Shown piece by piece: positions 40,093 through 51,000 of a stretch of DNA of 63,582 bases. This DNA is from Octopus bimaculoides (lineage: Eukaryota). The stretch covers positions 167,946,439 through 168,010,020 of the forward strand of contig NC_068982.1 of NCBI RefSeq assembly GCF_001194135.2, written 5' to 3'. Both the position numbers and the translations under genes were made by a program. Position 1 is the first letter of the stretch. Every line of letters starts with the position of its first letter. The notes beneath the pieces are model-generated. The model saw only the letters and a program-made list of their open reading frames with translations, searched no databases and was not told the origin of the DNA.

Positions 40093-40180
40093 GGAGGAGA
40101 CGGGTTATTCGATTGGAGGAGACGGGTTATTCGATTGGAGGAGACGGGTTATTCGATTGGAGGAGACGGGTTATTCGATT
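40093..40180. repeat. Perfect tandem repeat, 4 x 22 bp, inside a SINE family C fragment
   Basis: Unit GGAGGAGACGGGTTATTCGATT, with no spacers. Confidence 0.95.
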
Positions 40181-40283
40181 ACTTCTACCCCAGTGTACTA
40201 GCCTGATACTTTATTGTTAAGGCCCCCGAACGGATAAAAAGCTAAGATATGTGTGTTTTGCATGCAAATATGTGTTTTGCTAT

Positions 40284-40605
40284 GAAGGCACATGGCTTAC
40301 TGGTTAGGGTATTCGGCTCACGATCGTAAGTTGTGAGTTCAATTCCCAGCGACGCGTCATGTCTTTGAGCAAGACACTTTATTTCATGTTGTTCCATTCC
40401 ACTTAAGTTGCGAAAATGAGTAGTATTTGTATTTCAAAGGGCCAGACTTGTCACAGTCTGTGTCACGCTGAATCTCCCTAAATCTACGTAAAAGAGTACA
40501 TGCGTCTGTGGAGTGCTCAGCCACTTGCTCGTTAATTTCACGAGCAGGCTGTTCCATTGATCGGATCAACTGGAACCCACGTCGTCGTAACCAACGGAGT
40601 GCCAG
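40284..40605 (+). mobile_element. tRNA-derived SINE, family A variant (CORE-like centre)
   Basis: Head TGGCTTACTGGTTAGGG...GAGTTCAATTCC; centre CTTTGAGCAAGACACTTTATT; the 3' 175 nt or so are shared with 41685-42048 and 50598-50967. Confidence 0.85.
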
Positions 40606-40764
40606 TTATATAAATGTTTTATTAAAACAATAACTCTCACGTTGCAGTAAATGTTGATTGTATCAGTATTTTTAACTTGAGTACTAAAATATTTCAAGTT
40701 TTCTGTCGAAGTGTTTAGATTCAGCATAACCATTGGAAAGAACTACAAGATAAACTATTTTTCT

Positions 40765-40982
40765 TCGACAAATATTGGTTTCAAATTTTGGCACATGGCC
40801 AGCAATTTCGCGGAAGTGGCAAGTCGATTTACTCCAGGGCTCAACTGGTACTTATATCATCAACCCCGAATGGATGAAAAGGAAAGTCGACCCCGGTGGT
40901 ACTTGAACTCAGAACATAAAGACGGACGAAGTGCCGCAAGACATTTTCCCGGTGTGCTAAAGATTGTGCCAGCGCGCCACTT
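40765..40982 (-). mobile_element. tRNA-derived SINE, family C
   Basis: Collinear with 60150-60365; B-box remnant CTTGAACTCAGAAC. Confidence 0.8.
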
Positions 40983-41684
40983 CCTATACTGCACATTCAG
41001 ATAGATGTGTATTATGCATATGAACTGAGTACTGCCATTGTCTGACTGAGAAATTTCCACGAAACATGATTCTGTTTTTAGTTTATTTTTTATGTAACGT
41101 GCGTTGTTCAAATATAAAATAAACACAAGTATCAGGATATCCATTTCTCTTTCTTCTTATTGTCTTGTTGCTAACAGGTATAACCATTATACAAAATTTA
41201 CTAGAAGGAAGGGGGTTTATGATAAAGGTAGTGAACAAAAGAAGATCTACAATTAGAAGAAAACGTAAAGAAAAGTAGCAGTATCTCACTGGCCAATTTT
41301 TCAACAAGCCCATCATGAGGCAGTGAAAATTTTCAAAAAAATCAAAACAAAAAAAAAAAAAAAAAAAAAACAATATGACTCATTGATATTTTTTTGAAAA
41401 TTGAAATTTTAATTTTTTCAAAGCTGTATTTTCAGTCTTCCGTTCTTCTAATCCTTCAAATATGCATTTATGTAGATCAGACTTGAACTCATAACACTCT
41501 TTACTATAGTTGTAGCTTGAAACCACCTCTATCAACAAGATTTAATAAATCACTCTGGCAACTATATAAACAATTTGTTTTCACTAAAATCTTAACCTGT
41601 CTTCGGAATTATCCACTTAAGAATTAAAATGTGTAAATACTAATCTTCTATTATTTATACTTTATTCGTAATTTGAATATATCA

Positions 41685-42048
41685 ACAGCATTCCGTCGGT
41701 TACGACGACGTGTGTTCCACTTGATCCGATCAACGGAAGAGCCTGCTCGTGAAATTAACGTGCAAGTGGCTGAGCACTCCACAGACACGTGTACCCTTAA
41801 CGTTGTTCTTGGGGAGATTTAGTGTAACACAGAGTGTGACAAGGCTGGCTGACTCTTTGAAACACGGGTACAACAGAAACAGGAGGAAAGAGTGAGAGAA
41901 AGTTGTGGTGTAAGAGGTACAGCAGGGTTCGCCACAACTCCCTTGCCGGAGCCTCGTGGAGCTTTAGGTGTTTTCGCTCAACGCCCGGTCTGGGAATCGA
42001 AACCACGATCCTACGACCGCGAGTCCGCTGCCCTAACCACTCGGCCAA
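41685..42048 (-). mobile_element. tRNA-derived SINE, family A
   Basis: Minus strand TGGCCGAGTGGTTAGGGCAGCGGACTCGCGGTCGTAGGATCGTGGTTTCGATTCCC (A/B boxes); highly similar to 50598-50967. Confidence 0.9.
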
Positions 42049-43574
42049 TATCAATTGCATATTCGTACAAAATAATGAATACCATACCTAACTCTCATAA
42101 GAGAGGATGATAATTTCTAAAATCAATTGAATCAATCTTAATACTTAAAACTGGCCCCACTCCAATCCGGAAGGTTAAAATCCCATGATACGATTTTTTT
42201 ATTGCACTAGTATAGAGGAAATGTAGGAGTATATCGTACTCGCTAGGAGTACACCGCGTGTTAAAGGAAAGGATAAATTAAATATCAAATTCACTGTTCT
42301 GCTATCACTGTTAAATCTCATCATATGAACTTGAACATATTTTCCATATAGTTGTTCGACTTTCTTTCATCGAAAGAAAAGAATGTTGTAAAGTGAGCAC
42401 GTAAATTCGTTTGAATTCTTAACAGAATATTAGCTTTGCTTGTTTCATTTATCAGTGAAGGCCGAGGTCTAAGCAAGATTAGAATTGTGAGATATCAAAA
42501 TAGACCGATAAGGCATTGAGTTCAGCTTACTGATATCACTATTCATAACAACGACTATAAAGCACATTCCCGTCTTTTACATAAAGCGTAATGATCAATT
42601 TGGTGGAAATTGGTGGAATGAGATATGACTTCCGTGGCGCTTTCAGATATATTATTAACGGCGTAAGTAAAAGTAAATTGACTCCATCGTTAACTTAAAC
42701 TGGATTCTACTATTCTATTGTGATTAACTTTCAACTTACCCAATTAGATACTTACTGTGACATCATGGAATTCCTGTTAACAATATTGCTGAGAAAAATT
42801 ACAAAAATCAATGATTTGCAGATGTTTATCAGTGTAAAGTATTAACGCAGGGTACCTGTACATTTATAGAATTTTCTGATTGAACCGGGAACGAAACAAT
42901 ACTGAAATTTATTTTCCAACTTATAATTAGCATAAATCAAATGCAGTTAATTTACGGCAGCCTTATCAAAACAACTTTTTCAACTGTCTTATTTTATATA
43001 CTTCTGGCCAGTAATTGCCTACACACACACTCATGCAGAAATACACACACACACATACAGATTCAGACACACTTACGCAGACTCACACGCATGCATGCAC
43101 GCACGCACACACACGTGCATATCAGGGTTTCAACTGTTCATACTTTTGCATTGGTTGTTTTGAATCGCAGGTCACACATTTCACTGTCCCCATCAAGTTT
43201 TACGGCTGTTACATTACCGACTGCAAAGAAATTACTACTTTTATGTCTTTCGTTAATTTTTCTCACCTCCTACTTCCCCATCTATACCAAACAGTTTATC
43301 ACTTGCACTTAATCCCTCCGCCTCTGCCATCTCTATAACCACGTCTAAAGATTTGAAATAAAATCGTGACTTGCCGTCTAGCCCATCATCCTTGTAATAG
43401 ATAGTGACTATTCTCAACGCTTTTATAGCCATGGCACTCAACAGGAATCCTTTCTGCCACTTTGCAATGCGTTGGAATAAAAATAGATTATAAGTTGAGA
43501 GATTTTAAGAATACCACCATATGAATGCATGCATGCATGCATCCATACATCCACATACGTTTGTATGTATATAT

Positions 43575-43791
43575 ACTCTTTTACTCTTTTACTCTTTTAC
43601 TTGTTTCAGTCATTTGACTGCGGCCATGCTGGGGCACCGCCTTTAGTCGAGCAAATCGACCCCAGGACTTATTCTTTGTAAGCCTTGTACTTATTCTATC
43701 GTTCACTTTTGCCGAACCGCTAAGTTACGGGGATGTAAACACACCACCATCGGTTGTCAAGCGATGTTGGGGGACAAACACAGGCACACAA

Positions 43792-43831
<40 letters not shown>

Positions 43832-43921
43832 GTACATATATACGACGAGCTTCTTTCAGTTTCCGTCTACCAAATCCACTCACAAGGCTTTGGTCGGCCC
43901 GAGGCTATAATAGAAGACACT
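43575..43921 (-). mobile_element. tRNA-derived CORE-like SINE, family B (head lost in gap)
   Basis: TTGACTGCGGCCATGCTGGGGCACCGCC...GGTTGTCAAGCGATGTTGGGGGACAAACAC...TAGAAGACACT; similar to 49730-49950 and to the reverse complement of 44110-44337. Confidence 0.85.
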
Positions 43922-44109
43922 NNNNNNNNNNNNNNNNNNNNNNNNNNNNNNNNNNNNNNNNNNNNNNNNNNNNNNNNNNNNNNNNNNNNNNNNNNNNNNN
44001 NNNNNNNNNNNNNNNNNNNNNNNNNNNNNNNNNNNNNNNNNNNNNNNNNNNNNNNNNNNNTATATATATATATATATATATGTATGCATGCATGAATGTA
44101 TGTATTTAT

Positions 44110-44337
44110 GTATTTGTATATGTCTGTACCTGTGCTTGTCCGCCTTGCTAGATAACCCAGGTTTGTTTACGTCCCCTTGAACTAGCCCTTTGGCAAAAAG
44201 AGATTGGCAGTATAAGTACCAGGCTTTGAAGAAAAATAAAGTACTAGGATCGATTCATTCGACTAAAAAACTTTTCAAAGCGATGCCCCAGTATGGCCGC
44301 AGTTTAATTGCTAAGCAAGTAAAATATAAAAGATAAA
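44110..44337 (+). mobile_element. SINE family B, 3' half
   Basis: GTTTGTTTACGTCCCC...ATAAGTACCAGGC...TATGGCCGCAG...GTAAAATATAAAAGATAAAA. Confidence 0.8.
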
Positions 44338-46050
44338 ACATTTCCGAATAGGATTAAACTCAATGCATGTATTTTTGATACTTCAAAATATTGCATATTT
44401 GTATTGAAAGAAAACATATTCTGCTATTGCTGAGATGATTCCCTGGCATGTATATCTTCCAGTTTATAATCAATAATCTTTCTCTCTAATGTTGCCCGAT
44501 ATGTTTCCATTATCGTAGAACTCTCGATATAATGATTTCTTATAAACGTTCTTGTATGTAACTGGACGTTTGAAATAGGTATCTGTTTTGAGACCATCCA
44601 GGTTAAGCTGAATGTCACTTTTATCATTTCGAATAAATATTCTGACCGATTTTTTCTGAATCTGCAATCGCATTAATAGGCAGTCATTGTATTTTGTAAG
44701 AAGAGCAGTGATTCACGAGCTATATGATGTGTGTGTTGGGTCGATGGCGCAGGGAATGTTTCATCTTTGGATATGATCGAAGCATAAAGGTGAGAGTGAT
44801 GAACAAGTTGTAAAGTAGGATAGCTGCTCATGGTTGGAGTGGTTACAGCTTTATTTCGATGCGATAACTGTAGATAATAAAAATGAATAAATGAAATATA
44901 AAATAATACGCATCCTACATTGTAGGAAAAAAGAAGCAGAGAATCAAGCAGGGAATCAATGTTATTCAACACTGCTGGTGAGATCAGTACTACTGGGGCG
45001 TCCATACTACTTGCGAGCTTCAGCCGACATAAAACGAAGAGGTTTTCCCGTATTCTAAAAAATATATAAAAAATAATGTGCCGTAATGATTTAGCATTTG
45101 TGTAACGGAAACGTATCTTCGCTGTGAAACATGCATTACAGCAAATGTCTGATTTAACACATTAGTTAGTAAAGCAACCTGCAATTATGCCACTACCGAG
45201 GGAAAATAGCAGTCTAATCTCAGTCATACGATGCCCTGCCGATTTAGAGAAGGAACAGACATAATGTAGATCTAGCTTCTCTTCACCCGATAGATAAATA
45301 TACTGTAGTATGATAATTACTTGTTCATCGGTGCAGAACTGGAAATAAACTGCAGCAGCATCATCATCATCAACAGCAGCAAACTTCAACAACAATAAAT
45401 AATAAATACCACAACAACTACCATAACACCAACACCAAATATCACAACTACTTCCATAGTAGCAAGGACAACAAAAACAATAACAACATTCCATCATCGT
45501 AAAACCTCAATACATAAATCTTCGTCTCCGTTGTAGGTAACTTGCCCGGCATTTTCCTTTGATCTTCTCACAGGTGGCTACATGGAAGGAGAATTCTCTT
45601 GCTTCACTGTAGAAATTAGCCTTTTTTTACTTGCTTATTTTTTTTTACAACTTCAATCTATTGGTTTCTGATACCGTTGTTCTTTACGGTAACAAAATCT
45701 TTCGTGTAAATCTTTTTGAAATCCAAATTAGGTCATAAGCATGGCTGGAGACAATATATGAGCAATTTATACCGACGTTCTTCAGTAAGGAAGCGATCGT
45801 CTGCTTCCTGTTGCTGGCGGTGTTCTTTTATTTCTAAGTTCAACTACCTTGTTCAGTTTCCTTTCTCAATTCAGACAACTCAACCTCTTTGTTGATTTGT
45901 TTATTAAATGCATAATGTTTTATGGAATATGTGATTTTTCTCTCTTTCACATTCAGTTGAATTTTCCGGGAGCTACAAAATTTATCACCAATTTAAAACA
46001 AAGCAATATTCCTTCCATATCTGGAATGTGACAAATTTTAATTACATTTA

Positions 46051-46120
46051 TAGTCATCAAGTCTACAATCGTTTAATTACAAAAGACAACAAACTATAAA
46101 AAGCTCGCCAAATAGACATT
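46051..46120 (+). repeat. 70-bp direct repeat, copy 1
   Basis: TAGTCATCAAGTCTACAATCGTTTAATTACAAAAGACAACAAACTATAAAAAGCTCGCCAAATAGACATT. Confidence 0.95.
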
Positions 46121-46631
46121 TGCACGGATGTATTATTAAACATTGAAATGGAGTAACAAAATCAATATGGAAGAACAAATGAATAGAATATTTCAAATGG
46201 GGAGAAAAAAAAACATAGCACTTTTACAACTTTTAAAAATATTAATTTAAATCTTTCTTTTTTAATGTATGACGATTTCTAGTGATTCTCATGACCTTAT
46301 ATAACGAAGCAGAGTTTTATCTATCTTTTTCTCTCTTACTGAAGAAAGTACATAATTATATTGACCTTCCTTTGAGTCTCGAACAGTTAGAATTTAACCC
46401 ACGTGACAAAAACAGTGTACTGGGTTTGGGGTAAGCATACTTATAATTAACTTCCATATTACTCGCGCAGTCTTTTTTCTATACGAATGTCTTTTGCATG
46501 TTCACACAAATTTAGAAATTAATATAATCTCCATTTTTAATATGACGCTCATTCTCCGTTACATAATCTGATATTTATATCGGAATCTATTTGTACTAGG
46601 CGTCAGGAGGATCTCTCTCTTCCAACCCTCA

Positions 46632-46687
<56 letters not shown>

Positions 46688-46693
46688 TTACGT

Positions 46694-46723
<30 letters not shown>

Positions 46724-46728
<5 letters not shown>

Positions 46729-46792
46729 ATCAAGTCTACAATCGTTTAATACAAAATACAACAAACTATAAAAAGCTCGCCAAATAGACATT
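46724..46792 (+). repeat. 70-bp direct repeat, copy 2 (inside a TA/CA microsatellite)
   Basis: Differs from copy 1 by one deletion and one substitution. Confidence 0.95.
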
Positions 46793-48267
46793 ATATACAT
46801 ATATACACACACATAAATACAAACGTAAGTACATACACATACATATATACACACATATAAATATATATGCGTTAGTGTGCACGTATATAAATATATCTAA
46901 TGTATAATGTCACAATTACAAAACGTAATCTGAAAACCTATGATAGATAAATACCTGTTCTGAATAAGAAAATTTCAAGTATAAGTATATATAAAATATT
47001 GATTAGTTTTCTTTAAGCAGAAACAACCCAAATAATCTCTTTGCATGTATGCCCTTTGTATTTATAGAAATATGTATATCTACATATGTGTGTATGTGTG
47101 TGCTTGTGTGTTTGTCTATGTGTGTGTGTGTGTGTGTGCGCGTGCGTATGTATAAGTGACGTTTATTTACAGATTGATGAAAAGTAAAAGCAATACTGGT
47201 AGGATTCTAATTCACAGCAGTGGACCACAAACAACACTCTTTTAAGGATCGGCTACCGACGTAAATATAAATAGACTTTAAATTGAGACGTGGGGAAAAT
47301 AACCACTATAATACAAATAATATATCTAAAATAATTGAATAAATAAATCGTATACTTCCCAAAGTTTAAGAAAATTACCATGTAAATAATAAATAGTTAT
47401 TACACATCCAGCAAGAAAGCCTGTATGTGCTGGTTCTGTGTGCTACAAATAGTAGCCAATTAAACCTAAAAACCGCATCTTGAATATTTAGTACTTGGTA
47501 TATTAAGTTTGAATAAAGAAAATGATTACAGCTGGAAAGCCTTTCAACATAAGACAGCTCGGCCAAAGATGGCATAAAGCTATGCAACAATGGAAGCTTT
47601 TTTCTTAATAGTTTAGTCTGTGGGGAAAGTAACACCCGTGTCAAAATATCCGGCTGCACCTAAGTTAGAATTAATTATACGCTTTTTTCTGTTGCTTAAA
47701 TAGTTAGTAGTTATAGACTGTGTGGATGCTACTAGTACAATTTTTAGATTATAACGGTTAGATAGTTGTAAACACTTATTATCTAGACAGGTAGATAAAT
47801 TTATTGCATTTAGTAATAGTACTGCAGTCCTAACTGAGTTGTATACTGGTATTGAATAAAACAAAATAAATGTTTTCATTTTAATCATTTATAAAGTAGC
47901 CATTTTCCCTCCTCTTGTTGATAGATTTGATGTATTAATCAATACGGTTCTGTACATGATGTAGATAAAATATTTATATTATTTAGAGTGTCTGACATTA
48001 ATATAGCTAGCTAAAAATAAAGCAACAAAGATATAAGAACTTACATACACAGATGGACAACGGTTTGTTTCATCAATATTTGCCTGAAAATTGAGTTATT
48101 CTTATTTGTCATAACTTTGAAAGGCTCGGAAAATATATTCAGAATCTTGAAACACAATTGTTATAAGTACATTGTTGTTGTTGCTGATTGTGTGTATGTG
48201 TGCATACGAATGTGCATGTCGATATGTAAAAACATACATACATATATACATACATACACATATACAT

Positions 48268-48269
<2 letters not shown>

Positions 48270-48300
<31 letters not shown>

Positions 48301-48315
48301 AGTATGTATATGAAC

Positions 48316-48377
<62 letters not shown>

Positions 48378-48425
48378 CTATATATATGTATATATATAAA
48401 TATGTTTATATATATATATATATCC
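48270..48425. repeat. (CA)n/(TA)n microsatellite complex
   Basis: Directly visible. Confidence 0.9.
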
Positions 48426-48526
48426 ATACATACATACTTCTGCGCACAAACATACATGTATATATGAAAAATACTATGTGTGCGTATTATAATGCGATAC
48501 AGGTTATCCATTGTTCATACACACAA

Positions 48527-48623
48527 TTTCATAAATAACTGCCTGTGATCACATAACTGATTTATGTATATATATATTGCCTTCGGAAATGCATTATGTG
48601 ATCACAGGCAGTTATTTATGAAA
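48527..48623. repeat. 97-bp element with perfect 30-bp terminal inverted repeats, flanked by CACAA direct repeats
   Basis: TTTCATAAATAACTGCCTGTGATCACATAA (48527-48556) is the exact reverse complement of 48594-48623; CACAA at 48522-48526 and 48624-48628. Confidence 0.9.
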
Positions 48624-48639
48624 CACAACCCGAACACAT

Positions 48640-48770
48640 TCACAAATGATGGCATGAATGCGTGGTACGAAGCCTGCTTCCCAGCTACATAGTTTCGAGT
48701 TCACTACCACATCGTAGTACCTTGGGCAAGTGTATTTTTCTACAGCCTTCGACCGGAATGGATTTTGTAG
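48640..48770 (+). mobile_element. SINE family B, degenerate head plus CORE-like segment
   Basis: CGAGTTCACTACC...CCTTGGGCAAGTGTATTTTTCTACAGCC. Confidence 0.6.
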
Positions 48771-48859
48771 ACAACGATGTAAGGCTCCATCTTTGGGATG
48801 TAGTTAACACAGACAAATTCACATTTGGAACTTGAGAAAAACTTGCATAATTTTACTGT

Positions 48860-49596
48860 TCCACTCACAGATTGCAGTTGGTTTGCTTGCTCGTCACCGC
48901 CCAACTCATGAACACAAGCAACGATTTCTTTACCGAATCGTTACTGGCGACGAAAACTTGTGCCTGTACATCAATATGAAGTAGTGTAAGGAATGGTTTA
49001 GCCCCGGTAAACAAGCGACACCGCATGTGAAACAAGATCTTCTTCCACGTAAAACGATGTTGCGCGTATGGTGGGACTGGGAAGGGATTATCCATTACGA
49101 ATGGCTTGAACGGAACCAAATGGTCAACGCGGAACTCCATGTTCAATAGATGGAACGACTCAACACGGCTATTCAAGGGAAAAGACGTAATCGGCAGCAT
49201 GGAGTTTTTTCTGCTGCACGACAACGCCCGCTCTCATATCACCAACATGACAATGGAAGCCATGCAAACGCATGGCTGGGAAGTGCTGACACACCCACCG
49301 TAATCTCCTGATTTGGCACCAACGAATGTCCACCTCTTTCGATCTCTTTCAAATGCGATGCGCGGAGTTTCGTTCAATACTGATGCAAAATTGAGAGCTT
49401 GGTTGGATCAATTTTTCGAATCGAAATCAGGTTATTTCGTAATAACGAGGTATTGAAAATCTTGTTGAACGTTGGTAAAAAGTTGTAAACAACAAGGGCG
49501 AATACATTATTGATTAATTAGTTGTTATTTTTTATTAAACCTTTTAAAAACTTTAAATTAAAAAAAAACGGTGGGAACTTAGTTGCCAACCCAATA
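48860..49596 (+). mobile_element. mariner transposon (second family), 5'-truncated; 3' TIR retained
   Basis: RFLYRIVTGDENLCLY...WWDWEGIIHYE...LLHDNARSH...GWEVLTHPP*SPDLAPTNVHLFRSL; several stops; ends CGGTGGGAACTTAGTTGCCAACCCAA|TA. Confidence 0.9.
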
Positions 49597-49729
49597 TATA
49601 TATATATTTATATCTATATATAAAATTAATAAGAACAGCTGTTTGCAACGTTATGCCGTAAAGGAAAATTATAGTCGCCAATTAAACTTGACTAACGGTG
49701 TGAATAAGACGTACATTGCTAGAAATAGG

Positions 49730-49950
49730 AGCTGTAATCTTTTATCTCTTATCTTTTACCTGCTTCAATCATTAGATTGTGACCATGCTTGAGACACCGC
49801 ATTGAAGAATTTTTAGTCGAATGAATCGACCCCAGGACTTTGTATGCGTGGTACTTATACTATCGATATTTCTTACGGAACCCCTAAGTTACAGGGACTT
49901 AAACACACCAACACTGGCTGTCAAGCAGTTGTGAGGGACAAATACAGACA
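49730..49950 (-). mobile_element. SINE family B, 3' half
   Basis: TTAGTCGAATGAATCGACCCCAGGAC...TAAGTTACAGGGAC.TAAACACACC...GCTGTCAAGC. Confidence 0.8.
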
Positions 49951-50389
49951 GAATGTGTGTGAACGGATGGCATTTACATTGGCTGGTTTAAATTATTTGT
50001 TCGTATTGCGAGTGCTATGAATGCTGTCATGTGTCACTGTTTCTATTTTGGGATGTGTATAGCGATAATAGTCTGTTGGCGTTACCATTTTCACGACCTT
50101 TTTACTTGCATAAACTGTATCATGTAGACAAGTGTCTTCGACAATAACGTCGGGTCCATCCAAGCATTGTGGGAGAAATCTCGTTGATAGTATCTATGTG
50201 AAATGTTTGTCCAATTTTTACCTTATAATCTTAAGCTCTGCTACACCCCACTTTTTTTTATATATGTATTTGTACCATCATTATGCAAAACATTGTCGAA
50301 AGTAGTTTGGTATGTGAAGAAAGTCAATTTAAAAACGATTACACGTATTTTAGATTCAGGTGCATTTTCAAACCCCCAAACAAATTCTC

Positions 50390-50445
<56 letters not shown>

Positions 50446-50597
50446 GTTTGTATATATATTCATACATACATGCATATATAATTACAATACACCTAAAATC
50501 TTACATATATGATACCATTCTGGAAATTATGGTTATACTTCAATTTAACTAGTTTTATACATCGGTTTACAAAAAAGCAAACACATACGCACACATT

Positions 50598-50966
50598 GCT
50601 GTTGGCTCTCCGTCGCTTACGACGTCGAGGGTTCCAGTTGATCCGATCAACGGAACAGCCTGCTCGTGAAATTAACGAGCACTCCACAGACACGTGTAGC
50701 CTTAACGTAGTTCTCGGGGATATTCAGCGTGACACAGTGTGACAAGTCTGACCCTTTGAATTACAGGCACAACAGAAACAGGAAGTAAGAGTGAAAGAAA
50801 GTTGTGGTGAAAGAGTACAGCAGGCTTCGCCACCATCCCCTGCCGGAGCCTCGTGGAACTTTAAGTGCTTTCGCTCAATAAACACTCACAACGCCCGGTC
50901 TGGGAATTGAAACGGCGATCCTATGACCGCGTGTCCGCTGCCCTAACCACTGGGCCATTGCGCCTC

Positions 50967-50967
<1 letters not shown>
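50598..50967 (-). mobile_element. tRNA-derived SINE, family A, full length
   Basis: Minus strand GGAGGCGCAATGGCCCAGTGGTTAGGG (A box)...GTTTCAATTCCC (B box)...GACGTCGTAAGCGACGGAGAGCCAACAGC. Confidence 0.92.

Positions 50968-51000
<33 letters not shown>

Noticed and set aside
40093-40180. CRISPR-like repeat array (also 23951-24082)
   Set aside because: Head-to-tail tandem units with no spacers, no cas genes, eukaryotic context.
47375-47659. ORF with FMPSLAELSYVERLSS, reminiscent of a CR1 C-terminus
   Set aside because: A single short motif with no supporting flanking similarity.
41990-50967. tRNA genes at SINE heads (about 41990-42048, 50900-50967, 40284-40350)
   Set aside because: A/B boxes are present, but I see no complete cloverleaf or acceptor stem, and each continues into a SINE body.
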